Of a DNA stretch of 64,000 nt, positions 10,742 to 21,323 are shown piece by piece (position 1 is the first letter of the stretch; each line of letters starts with the position of its first letter). The position numbers were made by a program, and so were the translations under genes. The notes beneath the pieces were generated by a model. It was not told where the DNA came from. It did not search any database and was given only the letters and a program-made list of their open reading frames with translations. The stretch covers positions 1,345,566 to 1,409,565 of the forward strand of contig CAWBAN010000001.1 of NCBI GenBank assembly GCA_963786935.1, written 5' to 3'. Source of the stretch: an uncultured bacterium (GTDB lineage: Bacteria; Krumholzibacteriota; Krumholzibacteriia; Krumholzibacteriales; Krumholzibacteriaceae).

Positions 10742-11277
10742 GCGATGCTCCTTTCGAGCGCGTCGAGGAAACCGCCCGGCGCTTCGATCGCGAGCCGGCG
10801 GCTCCGGTCGCCCGTTATCTCCATGACGATCCGCACGTCCGCGCCGAGGGCTTCGCCGGGAAGCCGATCCCCCCATTCGACGATCACGACGTTCCTGCCG
10901 TCGATGGCGTCGAAGAGGCCGATGCGCGCGACTTCGTCGACGCTCCCGAGCCGGTAGAGGTCGAAATGGAGCACGGGCAGGGCGCCCGCGTACTCCTCGG
11001 CGAGCACGAAGCTCGGGCTCGTCACCTCGTCGGAAACGCCGAGCCCGGCGCAGATGCCCTTCGCGATGAGCGTCTTCCCCGCGCCGAGCCCCCCCTCGAG
11101 CGAGAGCACGGCGCCGGGCGGCAGGAGCGCGCCGATCGAGCGTCCCGCCGCGAGCGTCCAATCGGGCGATTCGCTCGCGAACGCGGCGCGACGGCGCTCC
11201 CCTTCGAAGCGATCGAGGCGCCGTCCCGTCGCTCCCCCGTCCTCTTCCGATTCGCGCCGGCCGGGACGCGGAGGCAT
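10738..11277 (-). CDS. tsaE: tRNA threonylcarbamoyladenosine biosynthesis ATPase TsaE (YjeE)
   Basis: GGLGAGKTLIAKGICAGLG...SPSFVLAEEY...HFDLYRL. Confidence 0.8.
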   Translation of the reverse strand: MPPRPGRRESEEDGGATGRRLDRFEGERRRAAFASESPDWTLAAGRSIGALLPPGAVLSLEGGLGAGKTLIAKGICAGLGVSDEVTSPSFVLAEEYAGALPVLHFDLYRLGSVDEVARIGLFDAIDGRNVVIVEWGDRLPGEALGADVRIVMEITGDRSRRLAIEAPGGFLDALERSIA

Positions 11278-11280
11278 GGC

Positions 11281-12834
11281 CTACCTCGGGGTGAGGGTGA
11301 CGCACGGGATGATCATCTCGTCGAGTGAGATGCCTCCGTGCTGAAACGTTCCCATGTACTGCCGCTCGTACTCGTGGAATTTCGTCGGGTAGACGAAGTA
11401 GAAATTCTCCTTCGCGAGGATGTAGTTCTTGGCGGGGCCCTCCGCGGGAAGGTTGTACTCGTTCGGTTTGCGGATGAGCAGCGTCTGCCGCGGATCGCCG
11501 TTGATGTTTTCGCCGAATTTGTACCTGAGGTTCGTCGAGGTGTCCCGGTTCCCGTGCACGAGGCTCGCCCGCGCGCCGAGGATCGAGCCGTGATCGGTCG
11601 TGATGACCACGGTCGCGCCGTGCTTCGAGATCCGCTGGAGGATGTCGAAGAGCGCCGAATGAACGAACCACGAGCGCATGAGCGACCGGAAGGCGCTCTC
11701 GTCGGGGGCGATCTCCTGCAGAATTTCGCTCTGGCTGCGGCCGTGCGCGAGGATATCGAGAAAATTGAACACCATGGACACGAGATCGATCTTCCGGTAG
11801 CTGTCGACCTGCTTGCGGATCTCGTTCGCCTCCTCGATCTCGTAGATCTTGATGTACTTCGTCGCCACGCCGGGGAAACCCGCCCGGCCGAGCTGCTCCT
11901 GCAGGAAAACGGACTCGAACCGGTTCTTGCTGAACTCGTCCTTCGACCGCTCGAGCCATTGCTCCGGCGTGCGCCGCTGGATCTCGGACGGAAATGCGCC
12001 CGCGAAGATCGCGTTCCGCGCGTACGGCGTCGCGGTCGGCAGGATGGAGTAGTAGCACTCCCGCTCGATGTTGTACGAGGGCGCCAGCAGATCCTCGATC
12101 TTGAGCCACTGGTCGTACCGCATGCAGTCGATGAGGATGAAGTAGACCTTCTTCCCTGCCTTGAGGTGCGGGAGCACCCAGCGCTTGATCACGTCGACGC
12201 TCATCGGCGGCCGCTCCGCGCCGCGCATCCATTCCGGGTAGACACGCTCGATGTAGCGGGCGAAATCGGCGTTCGACTTCTTCCTGAGATCCTGCTGCGT
12301 CTGCTCGAGCCCCGTCGCGCTGAAGCGGTCGAACTCGACGTCCCAGAGGGAGAGCTCCTGATGGATATCGATCCAGCCGCGCCAGTCGGGGCTCGCGTGA
12401 AGCTTCCCGTCGATCCGCTGGTACGCCTGCAGGTAATCCTTGCTGAGCACGGTTTCCTGGATACGGTGCGCGTCGAGGATACGCTTCGCGGCCGAATAGA
12501 TCTGGAGGGGATTCACCGGCTTGAGGAGGTAGTCGTCGATCTTCATGCCGATGGCCTGCTCGACGAGGCCTTCCGCCTCGTTCTTCGTGATCATGATGAC
12601 GGGCAGGTTCGAATCGATCTCCTTGATCTCCTGCAGCGTCTCGAGCCCGCTCTTGCCGGGCATCGTCTCGTCGAGGAGCACGAGATCGAACCGCCCGCGT
12701 TTGAGCGCGGCGATGCCTTCGTCCCCGCTCGAGGCGGACGTCACCGCGTACCCCTTCTCCCCGAGAAAGATGATGTGGGAGTTCAGGAGATCGATTTCAT
12801 CGTCGACCCAGAGAATCCGCTTTTCTTTCGCCAT
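11281..12834 (-). CDS. response regulator with N-terminal REC domain and C-terminal PglZ (alkaline-phosphatase-like) domain, PorX-like
   Basis: RILWVDDEIDLL...DLVLLDETMPGKSG...DYLLKP is a CheY-like receiver with the phospho-acceptor Asp. The remaining ~380 aa have PglZ-type architecture (YFILIDCMRYDQW, TTDHGS). Confidence 0.8.
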   Translation of the reverse strand: MAKEKRILWVDDEIDLLNSHIIFLGEKGYAVTSASSGDEGIAALKRGRFDLVLLDETMPGKSGLETLQEIKEIDSNLPVIMITKNEAEGLVEQAIGMKIDDYLLKPVNPLQIYSAAKRILDAHRIQETVLSKDYLQAYQRIDGKLHASPDWRGWIDIHQELSLWDVEFDRFSATGLEQTQQDLRKKSNADFARYIERVYPEWMRGAERPPMSVDVIKRWVLPHLKAGKKVYFILIDCMRYDQWLKIEDLLAPSYNIERECYYSILPTATPYARNAIFAGAFPSEIQRRTPEQWLERSKDEFSKNRFESVFLQEQLGRAGFPGVATKYIKIYEIEEANEIRKQVDSYRKIDLVSMVFNFLDILAHGRSQSEILQEIAPDESAFRSLMRSWFVHSALFDILQRISKHGATVVITTDHGSILGARASLVHGNRDTSTNLRYKFGENINGDPRQTLLIRKPNEYNLPAEGPAKNYILAKENFYFVYPTKFHEYERQYMGTFQHGGISLDEMIIPCVTLTPR

Positions 12835-12856
12835 GCGATCCGATCCGTTTCCCCGC

Positions 12857-14098
12857 TCAGTCGACCGGGAAGGTGATGAGAAACGTCGCTCCTCTGCCGG
12901 GCTGCGACTCGAGCACCTTGATCGTGCCGCCGTGGATATCCTCGACGATGCGCTTCACGAGGGAAAGCCCGAGACCCCAGCCGCGGCTCTTCGTCGTGAA
13001 TCCCGGCGAGAAGACGCGCTTGCGCACCCCGGGGCTCATGCCCTTCCCGTTGTCGCTGAAGCGAATCTCGACGCGGCGGTCGCGCTCGTTCATCCGGCAC
13101 TGGATGTGAATCTTCCCCTCGTCCCCCGAGGTCGCGTCGAGCGAATTCTTGATCATGTTCTCGAGCACCCAGCCGATGAGCTCCGCGCTGCACCGGATGA
13201 GGGGAAGCTCGTCCGACTCGGTCGTGATCGTCGAATTGATCTTGAGCGACGGACGCCGCCGCTCGAAGTAACGCACCGTCTCGTCGACGATCGGGGCGAG
13301 CTCGCGCAGCTCGAGTTTCGGCGCCGATCCGATCTTGCTGAAGCGCGCGGAGATCTTGCTCAGCCGGTCGACGTCCGTTTCGACCTCGTCGATCGCCATC
13401 GAGAGCTTCTCCGAACCGCGCGAGGCTGTGAGCTCTTCGCGTATCATGGCGATCCATCCCATGATCGAGGAGAGCGGCGTGCCGAGCTGATGGGCCGTCT
13501 CCTTCGCCATGCCCACCCAGATCGACCGCTGCTCTCCGCTCTTCACGGCGCGGAAGCCGAGGAATCCGAAGAGGACGAAGACCCCGAAGACGCCGATCTG
13601 GACGTACTGCGCGACGGCGAGCTCCCGCGAGAGCGACGACGGGCCGTAATGGAGCACCGCCCGCAGCTTCTCCGACTCGATCGACACCGGCTCGTTCACG
13701 CGGTCGTACGCGATCGCCTTCCGCTGGACCTTTTCGAGCAACGAGTCGTTCGGCGCGGCGGGATCGTAGCCGATCAGCCGGCCGTACTCGTCCGGACCGA
13801 GCGGGGGGATCCCGATCTGCTGATTCCAGATCATCGGCCTGCCCGCGGCGTCGGTGATGATGAACGGCGCGTTCAGGTCGCGGAGCGTCTCGCGAATGAA
13901 TTCGATGCTGCCCCGGTCGTCGAGCCGGTCGATCTGCAGTCCGATGAAGCGGGCATACTGGCTCGTCGTCCGCGCGGACTGCGCTTTCATCTTCTTGATG
14001 ATGCCGTTATTGTACACGAGGGCGAACGCGACGACGATGACGCTGCCCGCGATGATATACACCTTGAGGAGAAACGGAAAATTGCGTGGCGCCCTCAT
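12857..14098 (-). CDS. sensor histidine kinase (2 TM, HisKA + HATPase_c), cognate of the PorX-like regulator
   Basis: H-box ETAHQLGTPLSSIMG and N/G boxes (ENMIKNSLDAT...DNGKGM...GWGLGLSLV); ATG at 14096-14098 chosen to avoid overlap with serS. Confidence 0.8.
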   Translation of the reverse strand: MRAPRNFPFLLKVYIIAGSVIVVAFALVYNNGIIKKMKAQSARTTSQYARFIGLQIDRLDDRGSIEFIRETLRDLNAPFIITDAAGRPMIWNQQIGIPPLGPDEYGRLIGYDPAAPNDSLLEKVQRKAIAYDRVNEPVSIESEKLRAVLHYGPSSLSRELAVAQYVQIGVFGVFVLFGFLGFRAVKSGEQRSIWVGMAKETAHQLGTPLSSIMGWIAMIREELTASRGSEKLSMAIDEVETDVDRLSKISARFSKIGSAPKLELRELAPIVDETVRYFERRRPSLKINSTITTESDELPLIRCSAELIGWVLENMIKNSLDATSGDEGKIHIQCRMNERDRRVEIRFSDNGKGMSPGVRKRVFSPGFTTKSRGWGLGLSLVKRIVEDIHGGTIKVLESQPGRGATFLITFPVD

Positions 14099-14105
14099 GG
14101 TTCGA

Positions 14106-15377
14106 TCAGGCCTCGAGGTATTCCCTGCCCCCCAGGTAGGGGACGAGGGCACGGGGGACGCGGACCTTGCCGGTCGGCGTCTGGTTGAGCTCGAGGATCG
14201 TCGCGATGACCCGCGGGAGCGCGAGCCCCGAGCCGTTCAGCGTATGCACGAACTCGGGCTTCTCGTTCGGCCGCCGCTTGAAACGGATGTTCGCGCGGCG
14301 CGCCTGAAAATCCTCGAAGTTGCTGCATGATGAAACCTCGAGCCAGCGTCCCATCGCGGGCGCGAACGTCTCGAGGTCGTAGCACTTCGCGGCGCCGAAG
14401 CTCATATCCATCGTGCAGAGCTCGATGACGCGATGGGGAATTTCGAGTGCCTCGAGCACGGCGGTCGCGTCGCGGGTGAGCGATTCGAGCTCCTCGTACG
14501 ACGACTCGGGGTGCGCGAGCTTCACCATCTCGACCTTGTCGAACTGATGCACGCGCACGAGCCCCTTCGTGTCCTGCCCGTAGCTCCCCGCTTCGCGGCG
14601 GAAGCACGGGCTGAACGCGGTGAGCTTGACCGGCATGCGCGCGGCGTCGAGCACGGCGCCGCGGTACATGTTGGTGAGCGGCACTTCCGCGGTCGGAATG
14701 AGGAACAGATCGTCCTTTTCGCTGTGGTACATGTCTTCGGCCAGCTTCGGGAGCTGTCCCGTGCCGATCATGCAGTCGCGATTCACGAGGTACGGCACCG
14801 AAACCTCCTCGTACCCCTGCGCGCGATGCAGGTCGATCATGAAGTTGACGAGCGCCCGCGACAGATGCGCGCCCTCGCCGCGAAGCACGACGAAGCCCCT
14901 GCCGCTCAGGCAGCTGCCGGTGGCGACGTCGAGGATCCCGAGCTTCTCGCCGATATCCCAGTGCGGGAGGATGCCGTCGAACGGCTCGGGAACCGCCCCC
15001 CAGGACCGCCGCACCACGTTGTGATCCGGGCAGGTCCCGTACGGCGCCGACTCGTGGGGAAGATTCGGGATGAGGAGCGCCTGCTCGTCGATCCGCGCGC
15101 CGAGCTCCTTGAGCTCCGCGTCGATTTCCTTGATCCGGTCGGAGGACCGTTTCATCCGAGCGAGAATCTCGGTCGCGTCGCGGTTCTCCTTCTTGAGGCG
15201 CGATATCTCCTGTGAAGCCTCGTTGCGCTCGTGTTTGAGCGTTTCCGTCTCCTGAATGAGCGCGCGCAGCTTCTCGTCGAGCGCGATGAACGCGTCGAGA
15301 TCGAACGACGAGCCCTTTCGCCTGAGGCCCTCCCGCACCCGTTCGGGATCTTTTCGAATGAGTTTCCGGTCGAGCAT
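14106..15377 (-). CDS. serS: seryl-tRNA synthetase
   Basis: Full-length class II aaRS with SerS motifs (TAEVPL, FSPCFRREAGS, GSGLALPR). Confidence 0.95.
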   Translation of the reverse strand: MLDRKLIRKDPERVREGLRRKGSSFDLDAFIALDEKLRALIQETETLKHERNEASQEISRLKKENRDATEILARMKRSSDRIKEIDAELKELGARIDEQALLIPNLPHESAPYGTCPDHNVVRRSWGAVPEPFDGILPHWDIGEKLGILDVATGSCLSGRGFVVLRGEGAHLSRALVNFMIDLHRAQGYEEVSVPYLVNRDCMIGTGQLPKLAEDMYHSEKDDLFLIPTAEVPLTNMYRGAVLDAARMPVKLTAFSPCFRREAGSYGQDTKGLVRVHQFDKVEMVKLAHPESSYEELESLTRDATAVLEALEIPHRVIELCTMDMSFGAAKCYDLETFAPAMGRWLEVSSCSNFEDFQARRANIRFKRRPNEKPEFVHTLNGSGLALPRVIATILELNQTPTGKVRVPRALVPYLGGREYLEA

Positions 15378-15381
15378 ACCG

Positions 15382-16317
15382 TCAGCCGTTTCCCCTCGGT
15401 TTCCTGAACGAGGCGACGATCTCCTCCCCGCCGGCCGCGAGAAGCTCGCCGGCGAGCTTCTCGACGATCCGCGCGCGGTCCGAGATCGCCCCGCTCATGA
15501 TCCCGGTGATCTTTTCCGATCCGTCGACGGCGACGATCGCCGCCTCGATCTCGAACTGATTCTCTTCGACGTTGGCGAGCACGCCGACGGGGGCCCGTCC
15601 GTCCTTCGCGACGCGCTCGAGGAACATCCGCTCGATCTCGACTTCCGTCGCCGCCGATCGATCGCCGACGTCGCGGAGCATCGCGACGATCTCCTTCTTA
15701 TCGCGATGGCCGACGAGCGCGAGCGCGCCCTGCCCCGCGACGGGCGTGCAGATCGACGTCGTGAATACCTCGGCGACGTGCTCCTGCTGATTGAGCATCT
15801 CGACGTCGGAAGCCGGATACACGAACGCGTCGACCCTTCCGCGGTTCATCGCCGCGAAGAAACCGTTAAAATCGTCGTCGCCGCTCACGATCTTGAGATC
15901 GCTCCGGTAATAGAGAATCTGCCCGCGTTTCACCGGATCGCCGACCGCGACGCTCGCGCCCTCGGGCTGTTCGTCGAGAATGAGGCTCTCGAGCGATACG
16001 AGCGCGTCGAAGGGATTCGTGCGGGCGAATACCGCGGCGATCTCGAGCGCGCCGGCGATCTGGAGCGGAATCATGCACGCGTCCAGCACGGCGACGTCGA
16101 TCTCCCCTTTTCCGAGACGCTGGAGCAGGGTCGCCGCCCGGCGCGCGCCGAGCTTCCGGCCCGCCGGCGCCCGATCCTCGCGCGCCGGCCCGTCCGGACC
16201 GTCGACGAACCCCGCGCTCGGGTGCGCCTCGGCGAGCGCGGCGCGCACGCGGGCGCGGCCGAGCATCGAGAGCACATCCCCCACGCTTCCGACGATGATA
16301 TGTTTCGCCCGTCCCAT
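15382..16317 (-). CDS. hemC: hydroxymethylbilane synthase (porphobilinogen deaminase)-like protein, divergent
   Basis: Collinear with HemC (DVAVLDACMIP ~ DIAVHSMKDVP; NPFDALVSLES ~ DPRDAFVSNN; VAGQGALAL). The region aligned to the cofactor-binding GGCQVPIG reads KDGRAPVGV, with no Cys. Confidence 0.6.
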   Translation of the reverse strand: MGRAKHIIVGSVGDVLSMLGRARVRAALAEAHPSAGFVDGPDGPAREDRAPAGRKLGARRAATLLQRLGKGEIDVAVLDACMIPLQIAGALEIAAVFARTNPFDALVSLESLILDEQPEGASVAVGDPVKRGQILYYRSDLKIVSGDDDFNGFFAAMNRGRVDAFVYPASDVEMLNQQEHVAEVFTTSICTPVAGQGALALVGHRDKKEIVAMLRDVGDRSAATEVEIERMFLERVAKDGRAPVGVLANVEENQFEIEAAIVAVDGSEKITGIMSGAISDRARIVEKLAGELLAAGGEEIVASFRKPRGNG

Positions 16318-16425
16318 GACTTCTCCCCTGCGCGCGTGCGACACGCAAAAAATCCCGAGCACGAAGCTATCACAGCGCTCCGAAAAACGCAATTGGAAAG
16401 ACGGCGGCGCGGAACGAAGACCGGG

Positions 16426-17532
16426 CTATCGCTGGCGCGCGACGCCCTGCGTGGAGGTGATGCCGCACACGCCGAGGATTTCCTCCTCGGCCGCGACGGG
16501 AAGCTTGAAGCGCACCATCGACCGGAGCGACGCGACGAACACGAGCAGCGCGAGGGCGAACGCCGCGCCCAGCGCGACGGCGTTCCCCCGCATCGTCAGA
16601 ACGCCGAGCGCGCCGAATACGGCGGACACTCCCCAGAGGATGAGATCGACGCTCCGCGCCGAACGATACCGGTAGAGGAGCATGTGATGGATATGCCGGT
16701 GATCGGCTTCGAACACGGGACGGCGTGTGAGGATCCGCCGCGTGAACGCGAGCGACGTGTCGAGGATCGGCACGGCGAGAATCATGACGTTTCCGGCGAT
16801 CCGGTAGAAGACACGTTCTCCCGGCACCACGAGGAGCAGCGAAACGAGCCCGAACAGGAGGCCGAGGAAGAGACTGCCCGAATCTCCCATGAAGATCGTC
16901 GCCGGCGGAAAATTGTATCTGAGGAAGGAGAGCGCGGCGCCGCACACGACGAGCGAAACCGCGACGACGAGCGGCTGGCCGAAGAGTTGGCCGGCGACGG
17001 CGAACGACACTCCCGCGATGAACGCGAGCCCCGAGGCGAGCCCGTCGAGCCCGTCGATCAGGTTGAACGAGGTCGTCACGACGAGCATCCAGACGGCGAT
17101 CGCGACGAACAGCGGCGGCAGCAGATGCGCGGCGATGCGCGACGCGCCGAAATGCAGGAGGAGCGCGAGCCCCACGGCGGCCACGAAAACGGAAACGGCG
17201 ACCTGCAGGATGAGCTTATATATATAATGAAGGCTCCGCAGATCGTCGATGATGCCGAGGAGAAAGACGAGAAAACCGCTCGCGATCAGCACCGGCGTGA
17301 ACGCCTGGACGACCGGACTGTGGGGAAGGAAAAACAGGAAGAGGGGAAGGAGCGTAAAGAGTATCGCGCCGATGATGCCGACGCCGCCGATATGAACGAT
17401 GTCCCTGCTCGTGCGGCCGTTCGGCTTCTCGCATATTCGCAGCCGCGACGCCATGCCGCGAACGAGCGGCGTGAAAAGCGACCCGAGCGCGAACGAAAGA
17501 ACGACCGCCAGCAAAAGCCCGATTCTCGTCAC
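16426..17532 (-). CDS. glycosyltransferase family 4 phospho-sugar:undecaprenyl-phosphate transferase (WecA/MraY-like)
   Basis: Polytopic membrane protein with DDxxD-like IIDDLRSL, NLIDGLDGLA and the FMGDSGSLFLG motif. Confidence 0.8.
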   Translation of the reverse strand: MTRIGLLLAVVLSFALGSLFTPLVRGMASRLRICEKPNGRTSRDIVHIGGVGIIGAILFTLLPLFLFFLPHSPVVQAFTPVLIASGFLVFLLGIIDDLRSLHYIYKLILQVAVSVFVAAVGLALLLHFGASRIAAHLLPPLFVAIAVWMLVVTTSFNLIDGLDGLASGLAFIAGVSFAVAGQLFGQPLVVAVSLVVCGAALSFLRYNFPPATIFMGDSGSLFLGLLFGLVSLLLVVPGERVFYRIAGNVMILAVPILDTSLAFTRRILTRRPVFEADHRHIHHMLLYRYRSARSVDLILWGVSAVFGALGVLTMRGNAVALGAAFALALLVFVASLRSMVRFKLPVAAEEEILGVCGITSTQGVARQR

Positions 17533-17656
17533 GCTTCCTCTCCTCGGTATCCGTGCTTCTCTTTAAAGCATTGAACATCCGGACTGACGTGTCAAGCGGG
17601 AGTTTCGGCGAAACGCCGGGCGCGATCGCGCGCGGAACGCGCGGGCGCGCGACGGA

Positions 17657-19122
17657 TCATTTCCCGACGGGAAGCAGGCTTCTCGCGCGCCGCAGGTCGT
17701 CTTTCCCGATGACCCGCAGGGCGCACAGCATCGCGGCGAATCCCCCCAGCAGAGCGAACCGGTGCCAGAGCTCGAGCCCGACGCGGTAGTGCAGGTAGTA
17801 GTAGACGAGTCCGGTGACGATGACGGTCGCCAGAATCCTCGCGAGCTTCCCGAACTCGTAGGCGACCGGATATATCCTGCGCGTGACGAGGAAGAGCGAG
17901 ACGGCCATGGTAACATAGCTGGCCAGCACGGCGAGCGCGGCTCCCATGATTCCCAGCCGCGGGATCAGCAGAAGGTTGGCCGCCACGTTGACCAGCGCGC
18001 CCGCCCCGGTCACCAGGGGGAAGTACTTCGTCTTTTCCTCTATATATATCCCGGCCTGCAGGTTGACGTAGATGCCGTTGAAAAGATAGGCCAGCAGGAT
18101 GACCGGCACCACGACGAGCCCGGGAAGGAAATGCCCTTCGATGAGCGTCCGTCCGGCGGCGTATTCGAGGGAAGCGATGTCGTCGATGAACAGGGAAACG
18201 ACGACCCAGAGCACGCTCGCGGCCAGGACGAACAGCGTCATGATCGTGGCGAACATCTCCTTGGCGTTCTTCTCCCGGGCGTTGTTCAGGAAGAACGGCT
18301 GCCAGGCGTACTGGAACATGGAAACCACGAGCATCATGAAAATGCCGAGCTTGTGCCCGGTCTGGTACAGCCCGAGCGTGTCGGCGTCGGTCAAGGCCAG
18401 GACGATCGGGCGATCGATGACCTGCACCATCATCGATGCCAGGCTGGCCGGCAGATAGGGCAGGCCGAAGCGCAGCATCTGTCGCAGCTGAAATCCTTGG
18501 ATCCGGAAGCACAGCCTCGGCCAGATCTCCGGCAGGAGCGCGAGGAACGTCACGGCGGAGGCGATCAGATTGGCGACGAAAATGGCCTCGATGCCCAGGT
18601 GGAACGTGATGAAGAACAGGAGGTTCAATCCGAGGTTGAGCAGGATGTTGCACGAGCTTGATGGCGGCGAATTTGCTTCGCCTTCCGCTCCAGGCGCAGA
18701 TTGGCGAAGGGTATCAACGCCGCGGTGTCGAAGAGCAGGATGAAGATGACGTAGAAGACCAGCTTGCGGTACAGGCCGGGGACGGCCATCAGCTGCCGAA
18801 GGGCGCGCGCAGCACCAGCAGCAGCGCGGTGAGGGCCACGGTCGACAGGACGACGAACAGGTAGGCCGTCGAAAACACTCTGTTTCTTCTGCTCCGGGAC
18901 GGCCAGCGAGCTGTATTTCATGAACGCGGCGTCCATCCCGTAAATGTAGACGATGTTCAGGAACGCCAGGTACGCGTAGATGTTGGCGTAGACGCCCATG
19001 TCGGCGGGCGAGATGAAATGGGTATAGAACGGAACGAGCAGAAAGCCGAGGAAACGGCCCACGATGGTGGAAATGCCGTAGATCGCCGTGTCCCTGGTCA
19101 GCTCCTTGATCTTTTCACGCAT
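17657..19122 (-). CDS. Wzx-like polysaccharide flippase (MOP superfamily), reading frame disrupted at several points
   Basis: Two ORF pieces (18625..19122, 17657..18628) are both polytopic and Wzx-like. An alternative frame between ~18780-18870 encodes the TM-like STAYLFVVLSTVALTALLLVL, indicating multiple small indels. Confidence 0.5.
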
Positions 19123-19157
19123 GTTTCCCGCCGGGGATTGGCCGATCCGTCGCGCGA

Positions 19158-20250
19158 TCAGGCCGGGAACTGCCGTTCGAGAACGTCGGCGATCCGCTCC
19201 GCGGTCCTCCCGTCCCAGAGGGGCGGAACGCGATGGGGGCGCGCGGGACCCGCGAGAATGCGCGCCGCCTCGTCACGGATCGCGCCGGGATCGGATCCGA
19301 CGAGAACGTTCGTGCCGATCTCGACCGTGATCGGCCGCTCGGTGTTCTCGCGCACCGTGATGCACGGCACGCCGAGCACCGTCGTCTCTTCCTGGATGCC
19401 GCCCGAATCGGTGATGACGATGCGCGCGTGGCGCATCGCCTTGACGAAATCGAGGTAGCCGAGCGGCTCGATGAGCTTCAGCCCGTCGGGAATCTCGACC
19501 GCGCCGCGCGACGAATCGATCGTTTTGCGCGTCCGCGGATGGACCGGAAAGATCACGGGAGATCGAGCGCGAGAGCCCGGCGAGCGCCTCCATGATGCCG
19601 GCGAACACCCCTCCCTCGTCGACGTTGGACGGCCGGTGCAGCGTGACGAGCACGTATCCGCCGGGAGCGGCGCCGAGATCATCGAGCGCGCGGGAGCGCT
19701 CCGCCTTCTCGAGGTAGAACAGGAGCGAATCGATCATGATGTTGCCGACGAAAAAGATCCGCTCGGGCCCCACTCCCTCGCGCAGCAGATTCGTCTCCGC
19801 TTCCGGAGAGGTCGTGAAACAGTAGCGCGAGAGGATATCGGTGACCATGCGGTTGATCTCCTCGGGCATCGCGAGATCGAAGCTCCGGAGCCCCGCCTCG
19901 ACGTGGGCGACGGGGACGAGCGCCTTCGCCGCGACGAGCGAGCATGCCAGGGTCGAGTTCACGTCCCCGACGACGATGATGAGATCGGGACGCTCGCGCG
20001 CGACGACCGCTTCGAACGCGATCATGATCCGCGCGGTTTGCTCCGCGTGGGATCCGGAGCCGACGCCGAGATGAATATCGGGCTCGGGAAGCTCGAGATC
20101 GTGGAAGAAGACCCGCGACATGTTCTCGTCGTAGTGCTGCCCCGTATGGATCAGCGTGCATTCGAAGCGGCCGCGCTTCCGGAACTCGCGGATGAGCGGC
20201 GCCGCCTTCATGAAATTCGGGCGGGCGCCGACGATGACGGTCGCCTTCAC
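19158..20250 (-). CDS. wecB: UDP-N-acetylglucosamine 2-epimerase (non-hydrolysing); single-base frameshift near 19568-19570
   Basis: N-terminal piece VKATVIVGARPNFMKAAPL...HTGQHYD and C-terminal piece PVIFPVHPRTRK...DSGGIQEE lie in different frames; restoring one C gives the conserved DLPVIFPVHP; GTG start with SD AGGAGA, GTGA overlap with rfbB. Confidence 0.75.
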
Positions 20251-21281
20251 CGTTTCTCCTTTCGCCGGGACGACTCCCCGATCCGCGAACGGTAGAGCTT
20301 CGCGTAGTATCGCTTGAAGCTCCCCTCCTTGACCGGCTTCCACCAGAGCGCGTTCCGCTCGTACCAGCGCACGGTGCGCTCGAGGCCCTCGTCGAATTCG
20401 ACCTGCGGACGCCACCCGAGGGCGCGGATCTTCCGCGCGTCGAGGGAGTAGCGCCAGTCGTGCCCCGGGCGATCGGAGACGAATGTGAGGAGCTTCTCGT
20501 CGGCGCCGGTGAGCTCGATGATCGCGCGGGCGATCTCGATGTTCGGACGCTCCTCGCCCGCGCCGATGTTGTACGCCTCCCCCACGGCCCCGCGGCGCCC
20601 GACGAACTCGATCGCGCGGCAGTTGTCCTCGACGTAGATCCAGTCGCGGACGTTCGAGCCGTCGCCGTAGATCGGGAGCGGCTTGCCCTCGATCGCGTTC
20701 GTGATGAAGAGCGGGATGAATTTCTCCGGGTGCTGGTACGGCCCGTAGTTGTTCGAGCTCCGCGTGATCACCGCGGGAAAGCCGTACGTCTTGTGGAACG
20801 CGCGCACGAGGAGATCGGCGCCCGACTTGCTCGCCGAGTAGGGGCTGTTCGGCTGCACGGGATCGCTCTCGCGGAAGCTCCCGCGCGCCGTGCTGCCGTA
20901 TACCTCGTCCGTCGACACCTGGACGAACCGGGGCACGCGCGCCTTGAGCGCGCGCTGCAGGAGCACGTACGTGCCGAGCACGTCCGTCTTCACGAAGCTC
21001 CCCGCCTCGAGAATCGAGCGGTCGACGTGCGTCTCCGCGGCGAAGTTGTATACGATGTCGACGCCGGGGAGCAGCTCGTCGAGCAGACGCGCGTCGCAGA
21101 TGTCGCCGCGAACGAACCGGAAATCCTTCCGCCCCATGAATTCGCGCAGGTTGTCGAGATTGCCGGCGTAGGTGAGCTTGTCGAGAACGACGATCTCCGC
21201 CCTCCGCCGCTGCCGGCGGAGATACCGGATGAAATTCGATCCGATGAATCCCGCTCCGCCCGTGATAAGGATCTTCCGCAT
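20247..21281 (-). CDS. rfbB: dTDP-glucose 4,6-dehydratase
   Basis: ILITGGAGFIGSNF, SPYSASK and DWIYVEDNCRAI motifs of RmlB. Confidence 0.9.
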   Translation of the reverse strand: MRKILITGGAGFIGSNFIRYLRRQRRRAEIVVLDKLTYAGNLDNLREFMGRKDFRFVRGDICDARLLDELLPGVDIVYNFAAETHVDRSILEAGSFVKTDVLGTYVLLQRALKARVPRFVQVSTDEVYGSTARGSFRESDPVQPNSPYSASKSGADLLVRAFHKTYGFPAVITRSSNNYGPYQHPEKFIPLFITNAIEGKPLPIYGDGSNVRDWIYVEDNCRAIEFVGRRGAVGEAYNIGAGEERPNIEIARAIIELTGADEKLLTFVSDRPGHDWRYSLDARKIRALGWRPQVEFDEGLERTVRWYERNALWWKPVKEGSFKRYYAKLYRSRIGESSRRKEKR

Positions 21282-21323
21282 CGGCGCCTCCTTGCGGCCC
21301 GGCTGCGGGAGTCGCGCGGTCCG

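Noticed and set aside
17592-18653. 353-aa minus-strand ORF overlapping the wzx gene in another frame
   Set aside because: His/Arg/Pro-rich junk overlapping a clear polytopic membrane protein frame.
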